A stretch of DNA of 45,635 nt, taken from NCBI GenBank assembly GCA_001819395.1, contig MHMQ01000033.1, positions 1 through 45,635 on the forward strand. Reading direction: 5' to 3'. The stretch is from Candidatus Niyogibacteria bacterium RIFCSPLOWO2_01_FULL_45_48. Its GTDB lineage: Bacteria > Patescibacteriota > Minisyncoccia > HO2-45-28. Within the stretch, counting starts at the first letter, position 1. Each line of letters opens with the position of its first letter. A program made the position numbers and the translations under genes. Under the pieces are notes generated by a model. The model saw nothing but the letters and a program-made list of their open reading frames with translations. It did not search any database and was not told where the DNA came from. Shown in pieces: positions 34,496 to 39,588 of the stretch.

Positions 34496-34511
34496 CGAAT
34501 CCCTCCGGGGA
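34496..34511 (+). repeat. 16-nt direct repeat of the tRNA-Arg 3' end (CGAATCCCTCCGGGGA)
   Basis: Identical to 34454-34469 and located 26 nt downstream of it. Confidence 0.85.
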
Positions 34512-34544
34512 TGAAAATTTATTTTTTCAAAATATTAAAATCTT

Positions 34545-34868
34545 TTATAAGTTAAGAACCGAAAAAACCCACTCTTTGAGGTTTTCGTAGGAGCCCGGGT
34601 TGCAGATGAGGCGGTCTTGCTTTGCGTCGTAAAAACTCGGCACGATCATATAGCCCGAGCAGTTGGCGTCGTAATGGCGCTTGAGAGAGTCCATACGCGC
34701 CTGATTGGTTTCGTTGTATGTTTTTTCGTGCTTAGTGCCTTCCCACACCTCCAATTTTTCAAACTCAACGCCCTCGGAAGCCGGCTTTTCAACCGCAGGT
34801 GCAATCGCCTCGCAAAAAGGGCACCCGTTTCCATAAAAATATGTTATTTTTTTATTTTCCGGATTCAT
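34545..34868 (-). CDS. thioredoxin-fold protein (CxxC)
   Basis: 107 aa with the motif YGNGCPFCE. TATAAT ends 7 nt before the ATG and there is no SD, so the mRNA may be leaderless. Confidence 0.65.
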   Translation of the reverse strand: MNPENKKITYFYGNGCPFCEAIAPAVEKPASEGVEFEKLEVWEGTKHEKTYNETNQARMDSLKRHYDANCSGYMIVPSFYDAKQDRLICNPGSYENLKEWVFSVLNL

Positions 34869-34906
34869 GTTTTTGATTATACTAAAAAATCAAAAAATAA
34901 AAAACA

Positions 34907-34939
34907 GGGCGCCCGCGCGAATGTTTTGCGCGAACGCCC
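34907..34939 (-). terminator. GC-rich terminator hairpin with T-runs on both strands
   Basis: GGGCG..CGCGC / GCGCG..CGCCC stem. The minus-strand RNA is followed by TGTTTTTTATTTTTT. It lies downstream of the small ORF 35100-35309 and its stacked hairpins. Confidence 0.55.
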
Positions 34940-34985
34940 CGTTTTTTGTTTTTGAAATGAACCCCCGCCAAAACCAGCTTCTTTA

Positions 34986-35014
34986 CAGTGGTTAGAACTC
35001 GGTTCTAACCACTG
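34986..35014. repeat. hairpin repeat family P3, copy 2 (extended 13-3-13: CAGTGGTTAGAAC-TCG-GTTCTAACCACTG)
   Basis: Perfect stem. The loop is inverted (TCG) relative to copy 1. Confidence 0.9.
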
Positions 35015-35039
35015 TTGGTCAGAACCGAGTTCTAACCAA
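35015..35039. repeat. hairpin repeat family P3, copy 3 (TTGGTCAGAAC-CGA-GTTCTAACCAA, one mismatch)
   Basis: Directly abuts copy 2. The mismatch becomes a G-U pair on the minus-strand RNA. Confidence 0.85.
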
Positions 35040-35099
35040 AGTTGGCTTTGGTAGGAGGACAACCAAATTTCGGTTGTCCAACGTTGCTTTGCTTCGGCC

Positions 35100-35309
35100 T
35101 TACTGACGCGAACTGCGCCAAATCAGACCGACGCCGAACACGATTGCCAGGATGCCGACGTAAAATATCACCGTCAGCGGGCCGTAATTGTGAATGATCT
35201 GGCCGGTTTCAGATGCCTTTTGGACCGCAAGCTGGATCGCGCCCACGATCCCGAGTCCGCATAAGGCGAAAAGCGCGCCAGCAAACACACCACCGACTCT
35301 GTTGTGCAT
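35100..35309 (-). CDS. small two-TM membrane protein
   Basis: 69 aa, ATG start preceded by AAGGGGGTG (SD-like). Two hydrophobic helices flank ..NYGP... The 3' UTR carries several hairpins. Confidence 0.5.
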   Translation of the reverse strand: MHNRVGGVFAGALFALCGLGIVGAIQLAVQKASETGQIIHNYGPLTVIFYVGILAIVFGVGLIWRSSRQ

Positions 35310-35606
35310 GACACCCCCTTTTTTATTAAATGAAGGAACTTCCCAACTCCGATTCAGCCCCGCTACTTACTTGTAATACAAAAAATGTCTAGCGGGACTG
35401 AAGCGGGGCGGGGAAACTTAATTCCCCAGTACGGCCCCACGCCGCTTTTAGTTCGCATCGGTACATCAGGCCGAATTTTCTAATTTGAAGCCTTTTCCCT
35501 TCGCAAACTAACACCGGAGCACCTTTCAAGAGTTTTATGGTCAAGACCCATTAAAGATGCCCAGCTTGTGATTCCCCATGCGTATACCCCTGTCTATCAA
35601 TGTTAC
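35310..35606 (-). promoter_or_regulatory. ~300-nt structured 5' leader (riboswitch- or attenuator-like, class unassigned)
   Basis: It lies between the consensus promoter (35641-35613) and the ATG at 35309. It contains nested GC stems (GGGGAATTAAGTTTCCCC inside AGCGG..GGGGC/GCCCCGCT), two GGGGAAT motifs and an internal T6 run. Confidence 0.3.
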
Positions 35607-35612
35607 TAAACG

Positions 35613-35641
35613 CATTATACACCCAATGAGTTCATTTGTCA
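35613..35641 (-). promoter_or_regulatory. consensus sigma70-type promoter (TTGACA-17-TATAAT)
   Basis: On the minus strand: TTGACA at 35641-35636, a 17-nt spacer, TATAAT at 35618-35613. The -35 lies in the inverted repeat TTGTCAAG-CCCC-CTTGACAA (35635-35654). Confidence 0.6.
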
Positions 35642-35774
35642 AGCCCCCTTGACAAGTTTTGTTTATTTTCATGTCAGAAATGTTAAAAAACGGCTTATTT
35701 AAGCCATTTTTAAGACTAGATAAAAATTGTCAAAGTCGGCCAACGAGAGCAATTTTATAATATTGTCAATTTCA

Positions 35775-35803
35775 CTTGACAAAGTGTCAACTATTTGCTA
35801 TAA
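35775..35803 (+). promoter_or_regulatory. consensus sigma70-type promoter (TTGACA-17-TATAAT)
   Basis: TTGACA at 35775-35780 and TATAAT at 35798-35803. The -35 is half of the inverted repeat TTGTCAA-TTTCAC-TTGACAA (35762-35781). Confidence 0.6.
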
Positions 35804-35809
35804 TGCAAC

Positions 35810-36087
35810 CAGAAGTATGAAGCGGTCGGCATGGGGTCGGCCGCATGGTTCAATCGGAGGGCTGCTCTGTGGCAAAAGAAGCGGGTCAAATAAGAACCCA
35901 CTTTAGAAGCCAAAGAGAGACATATAGAGCAGATAAAAAGCAAGAAAAGCGGCCCTCCACAGCCAATCGGAGGGACGCCGAGTGAATATAGGCGGCGACG
36001 GCGGTTATTAAGTAAGAAGCAATAAAATCAGTGAGCAAGTCTTTGTTGATTCTTCTGGGGTCGTGCGAATGCGCGGCCCTTATTTTT
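35810..36087 (+). ncRNA. candidate ~280-nt non-coding RNA (unknown class)
   Basis: It is bounded by a perfect consensus promoter and an intrinsic terminator, with no ORF of 60 aa or more. CAATCGGAGGG occurs twice (35850-35860, 35963-35973), with a complementary GCCCTCC (35951-35957). The 5' CCAGAAG can pair with CTTCTGG at 36051-36057. Confidence 0.35.
36057..36087 (+). terminator. rho-independent terminator
   Basis: GGGTCGTGC-GAAT-GCGCGGCCC (9 bp, two G-U pairs) followed by TTATTTTTT. It abuts the stop of the convergent TrmB-family gene. Confidence 0.6.
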
Positions 36088-36833
36088 TATTTATACTTTT
36101 CTGTCGCCTCCCATGCCAGATTAAAAATTGAACGCAGGCTATTGGCCATGTCGTTGTTTTCTATAATTACGCCCATCAATTTTTCTTTTAGGCCCATTAT
36201 GGCAATTTTATTTTCGTAAATTACAATGTCTGCGTCTATCGGGAATATTTTTTCCGGCACAAATTTATACTCGGTTAGCTCCGGCGGTTCTAAACGCTCT
36301 CCGCTCGCACGCGTGTATATGGCTCTTACCGAAATTTTCTTTTTAGCCCGCTCTTTTAAATACTCTTCGCGTTCTTTTTTTGAAAATACACCCTCAATTG
36401 CATCAAAAGAATAAATCGCTTCTATTTTTTTGGAGTCGGTTTTCAAAAACTCCCCTCGCATCGTAATCAGCCCCTCTTTTCCTTCAAAAAAGCGAACGCG
36501 GGGGCGTTCGCCCGCGGTCTCAAACATTTTTGTGAGATTAGGCAGAAGTTTCTCGAGTTCTTTTTGTTTTGATTCCAGATCGCCGGCCTGTTTTTCAAAA
36601 AGCCGTTTTAAATATTCGGGAGATTCCGGCGCGAAATACGTTTTTTTGTCCTCGTCGTATGAGCTCATAAGTCCCTTTTGTTTTAATGTTTCAATCTGGA
36701 CATAGGTTGTTGAGCGGTTCACTTTGGCTTGTTTGGCCAGTTCGTCCGCTGTCGCACGCCCCAATTCCAAAGCCGCAAGATAGACTCTTGCCTCTTTTTC
36801 TGACAAACCAAAATCTTGAAGTTCCTGAAGCAT
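36087..36833 (-). CDS. TrmB-family transcriptional regulator
   Basis: 248 aa. The N-terminal winged-helix pattern (LSEKEARVYLAALELGRATADELAKQAKVNRSTTYVQIETLKQKGLM) is typical of TrmB. Confidence 0.75.
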   Translation of the reverse strand: MLQELQDFGLSEKEARVYLAALELGRATADELAKQAKVNRSTTYVQIETLKQKGLMSSYDEDKKTYFAPESPEYLKRLFEKQAGDLESKQKELEKLLPNLTKMFETAGERPRVRFFEGKEGLITMRGEFLKTDSKKIEAIYSFDAIEGVFSKKEREEYLKERAKKKISVRAIYTRASGERLEPPELTEYKFVPEKIFPIDADIVIYENKIAIMGLKEKLMGVIIENNDMANSLRSIFNLAWEATEKYK

Positions 36834-36900
36834 ATTAATTTATTATATCTTAATAGTCGTAATTATATTCTATTTTCAAATAATTGTCAGGTTCTTGTAG

Positions 36901-36929
36901 TTGTAATATAAATTATTACAGATTATAAT
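36901..36929 (+). promoter_or_regulatory. promoter TTGTAA-17-TATAAT with palindrome GTAATATAAATTATTAC in the spacer
   Basis: Direct reading. It lies 8 nt upstream of the RHH antitoxin ATG region. Confidence 0.45.
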
Positions 36930-36937
36930 GGCTTTAT

Positions 36938-37156
36938 ATGAGAAACATAATCAACATATCGTTGTCCAAAGAGTTGAATCAGGAGGTGGAAAAAAGGGTT
37001 AAAAAGGGCCACTATTCTTCCAAAAGCGAATATTTTCGAGAACTTATCCGTGAAAAAGTCGAGGAAGACAGGCTGGTTCGCGAGCTTGAGGAGTCGCATA
37101 ATGAGTTGGCTATGGGAAAGGGTAAAATTTTGCGTTCTCTGAAAGACCTTCGGTAG
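36938..37156 (+). CDS. ribbon-helix-helix (CopG/ParD-like) type II antitoxin
   Basis: 72 aa (..INISLSKELNQEVEKRVKKGHYSSKSEYFRELIRE..). It precedes a RelE/ParE-like ORF by 2 nt. Confidence 0.6.
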   Translation: MRNIINISLSKELNQEVEKRVKKGHYSSKSEYFRELIREKVEEDRLVRELEESHNELAMGKGKILRSLKDLR

Positions 37157-37158
37157 TC

Positions 37159-37416
37159 ATGAAGATTTTTTACTCGAGCAAATTTGTTCGAGAATATGAA
37201 CAATTACCCGTAAAGGTTCAGGATGCTGCCGAGAACAGAACGCTGATTTTTAGAAAAAATCTTTTTGATAAAAGATTGCGAACGCACAAACTTTCAGGAA
37301 GAATGAATAGATATTGGTCGTTTTCGGTTGATTATAAATATAGGATTATTTTTGAGTTTGCGTCCGAAAATATTATTTGGTTCCACTCAGTTGGCGACCA
37401 TTCGATTTATCAATGA
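37159..37416 (+). CDS. RelE/ParE-superfamily type II toxin
   Basis: 85 aa (..LRTHKLSGRMNRYWSFSVDYKYRIIFEF..IIWFHSVGDHSIY). Its stop overlaps the cca start (ATGA). Confidence 0.6.
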   Translation: MKIFYSSKFVREYEQLPVKVQDAAENRTLIFRKNLFDKRLRTHKLSGRMNRYWSFSVDYKYRIIFEFASENIIWFHSVGDHSIYQ

Positions 37417-38876
37417 AAATCCCGAAGGAAATTAAAGAGGTTTATGACGAACTGGCGAATGCCGGATACGAGGTGTATCTTGTCGGCGGGTGCGTGCGGG
37501 ACCTGTTGCGCGGAGTTAAGCCGAAGGACTGGGACATAACGACGAACGCGAAGCCGGAAGAGGTTCAAAAAATATTTCCGGACAGTTTTTATGAAAACGA
37601 TTTCGGAACAGTTGGAGTAAAGACCGCCTCCGAAGATCCGACTTTGGCCGTTGTTGAAATAACACCATACCGCGTTGAGGAAAAATATTCCGACAAACGA
37701 CATCCCGACTCCGTGAAATTCGCCGACAAACTTGAGGACGATTTGAAACGACGCGATTTCACGACAAACGCTCTTGCGCTCCAACTTGGACGTGAAACGT
37801 CCAAGTTGGGGGTCGTTGATCTTTTTGATGGTGAAAAAGACCTGAAAAATAAAATTATCCGCGCGGTTGGCAATCCGAAAGAAAGGTTTGAAGAAGATGC
37901 TTTGCGAATAATGCGGGCGGTGAGATTCGCGGCGGAGCTTGGTTTTTCGATTGAAGACAAAACACGAGACGCGCTTGAGGCCAAAAAGGGCCTTCTGGAA
38001 TTTGTCTCAAAAGAAAGGGTCAGAGACGAGCTCATAAAGATTTTTGAAACAAGCCGGCCATCTTTGGGTTTTGAGTTAATGCGTGAACTCGGTATTTTAA
38101 AATACGTTATGCCGGAAGTTGAAGAGGGCTGGATGGTGGGACAAAACAAGCACCACATTTATACCGTCTGGGAACATAACGTGCGCACCATGGATTACGC
38201 AGCCAAAGAAGGCTGGTCTTTGGAACTGAGAATCGCATCCCTCCTTCACGATGTGGCCAAGCCTAGAACCAAGGAAGGCGATGGCCCAGATTCAACTTTT
38301 TACAACCACCAGATGGTCGGCGCGAAAATGGCCGCCCAGATTTTGTCCAGATTGCGTTTTTCTAAAAAAACGATCGAGAAAGTGGTCAAGCTCGTGCGCT
38401 ATCATATGTTTTATTACAACGTCGGCGAGGTGACCGATTCCTCGGTCAGGCGTCTTTTGGCCAAAGTCGGGCCCGATGACATGAACGACCTGATAAACGT
38501 GCGCATAGCAGAGCGTATCGGTTCGGGCGTACCCAAGGCCGAACCCTACAAGCTTCGCCATTTTCGGTTCATGGTTGAAAAGCTCCAACGCGACCCTATT
38601 TCGGTGCGTATGCTAAAACTCAACGGTGACGAGGTGATGAAAATTTGCGAAATTCCGGCCGGGCCTAAAGTCGGCGCGGTTCTGGATGTTTTGCTCGAGG
38701 ATGTGCTTGACGATCCGAAACTTAACGATAAGGATTATCTTTCCGGAAAAGCCAAGGAATTATGCGCGGTGTCGGACTCCGAGTTGTCTAAAATGCGTGA
38801 AGATGCTAAAAAAAAGAAAGTCGGATTTGAGGAGGAAGAGGTTGGAAAGATAAAAAAGAAATATTATGTGAAGTAA
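37413..38876 (+). CDS. cca: CCA-adding enzyme / tRNA nucleotidyltransferase with HD domain
   Basis: The start is moved to ATG 37413 (MKIPKEI..). Motifs include GGCVRDLLRGVKPKDWD and RRDFTTNALA, plus an HD domain (LLHDVAKP). Confidence 0.85.
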   Translation: MKIPKEIKEVYDELANAGYEVYLVGGCVRDLLRGVKPKDWDITTNAKPEEVQKIFPDSFYENDFGTVGVKTASEDPTLAVVEITPYRVEEKYSDKRHPDSVKFADKLEDDLKRRDFTTNALALQLGRETSKLGVVDLFDGEKDLKNKIIRAVGNPKERFEEDALRIMRAVRFAAELGFSIEDKTRDALEAKKGLLEFVSKERVRDELIKIFETSRPSLGFELMRELGILKYVMPEVEEGWMVGQNKHHIYTVWEHNVRTMDYAAKEGWSLELRIASLLHDVAKPRTKEGDGPDSTFYNHQMVGAKMAAQILSRLRFSKKTIEKVVKLVRYHMFYYNVGEVTDSSVRRLLAKVGPDDMNDLINVRIAERIGSGVPKAEPYKLRHFRFMVEKLQRDPISVRMLKLNGDEVMKICEIPAGPKVGAVLDVLLEDVLDDPKLNDKDYLSGKAKELCAVSDSELSKMREDAKKKKVGFEEEEVGKIKKKYYVK

Positions 38877-38900
38877 TTTTCCCCGCCATGGCGGGGCAAG

Positions 38901-38937
38901 CGGGATGCAGTATATCGGCAGTACGTGCGCTTCGGGG
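38901..38937 (+). pseudogene. tRNA-Pro 5'-half fragment
   Basis: CGGGATGCAGTATATCGGCAGTACGTGCGCTTCGGGG matches nt 1-37 of the adjacent tRNA-Pro(CGG) with 2 substitutions, including U8 to C. It then diverges. Confidence 0.75.
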
Positions 38938-38969
38938 AAATTTTTAAAACAAGTTTTTGTGAATCCTGT

Positions 38970-39040
38970 CGGGATGTAGTATACCGGCAGTACGTGCGCT
39001 TCGGGTGCGCAAAGACTGGGTTCGATTCCCAGCATCCCGA
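38970..39040 (+). tRNA. tRNA-Pro (anticodon CGG)
   Basis: Hand-folded: acceptor CGGGATG/CATCCCG, anticodon arm TGCGC-TTCGGGT-GCGCA (G37), T-arm CTGGG-TTCGATT-CCCAG. No encoded CCA. Flanks GAATCCTGT/ACAGGATTC extend the acceptor helix to 16 bp. Confidence 0.85.
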
Positions 39041-39070
39041 CAGGATTCGTAAAACGACAATAAAAATTTC

Positions 39071-39091
39071 CGGACTTCCTGCGGAAGTCCG
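39071..39091. repeat. perfect 9-3-9 hairpin (CGGACTTCC-TGC-GGAAGTCCG)
   Basis: Direct reading. It lies between the intact tRNA-Pro and the duplicated 3' half. Confidence 0.85.
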
Positions 39092-39105
39092 TGGTTCCGA
39101 GGGAG

Positions 39106-39139
39106 GCAAAGACTGGGTTCGATTCCCAGCATCCCGACA
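39106..39139 (+). pseudogene. tRNA-Pro 3'-half fragment (perfect 34-nt repeat of 39009-39042)
   Basis: GCAAAGACTGGGTTCGATTCCCAGCATCCCGACA is identical to the 3' half of the intact gene. It ends at the A of the next gene's ATG. Confidence 0.85.
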
Positions 39140-39588
39140 TGAAAAAATTAAAAATACCCTATTATCGCCAGGAAACGGATTATTTTTGCGGACCGGCCGC
39201 TTTGAAAATGGCTCTGGAATTTTTCGGTAAAAAAGTAAGCCAGAAAAAACTCGCCGGGCTCCTTAAAACAAACGAAAAGCGGGGAACCTTAAGGCGGGAC
39301 ATGATAAAGACAGCAAGAGGGTTCGGCCTTTCGGCCAGGGGATTTTTTGGAAAAAATTTGGACGAAGTTAAAAAATTTTTAAACACCGGCAATATAGCAA
39401 TAGTCATTTTTGTTGAGCCGTCTTCGGAAGAAGACCATTACTCGGTTCTTGCTGGAGTTGGCCGCGGTTGTGTTGTTTTAAACGATCCCTTGTCAGGAAA
39501 AAATTTTGAGATAAAAGAAAAAGATTTTATTGCCAGATGGAATAAATGGAACAGATGGTTTATGGTGATTGGCCGGCGCGCTCTATAG
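39139..39588 (+). CDS. stand-alone peptidase C39-like (papain-fold Cys protease) domain protein
   Basis: The start is moved to ATG 39139 (MKKLKIPYYRQETDYFCGPAALKMAL..). The catalytic Cys context is FCGPAA and the His context is EDHYSVL. The track start at 39091 runs through the tRNA fragment. Confidence 0.6.
   Translation: MKKLKIPYYRQETDYFCGPAALKMALEFFGKKVSQKKLAGLLKTNEKRGTLRRDMIKTARGFGLSARGFFGKNLDEVKKFLNTGNIAIVIFVEPSSEEDHYSVLAGVGRGCVVLNDPLSGKNFEIKEKDFIARWNKWNRWFMVIGRRAL

Noticed and set aside
35347-35360. Minus-strand GGGGCTGAATCGGAG resembling the 5' end of tmRNA
   Set aside because: No matching 3' acceptor strand (CAGCCCC-ACCA) or tmRNA T-arm lies downstream, and there is no recognisable tag reading frame. 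It sits inside the leader of a small ORF.
35310-36086. Search for RNase P RNA, SRP RNA or 6S RNA in the large non-coding stretch
   Set aside because: The conserved RNase P core (GAGGAAAGTCC, ACAGAA.CCGGCTTA) and the SRP domain IV motifs are not present. A 6S-like fold cannot be judged by eye, so the class is left unassigned.
38760-39230. Four overlapping ORFs (38760-39140, 38864-39109, 38944-39132 on minus; 38925-39230 on plus)
   Set aside because: All run across the tRNA-Pro gene and its half-copies. Their open frames are explained by the tRNA repeats, not by coding.
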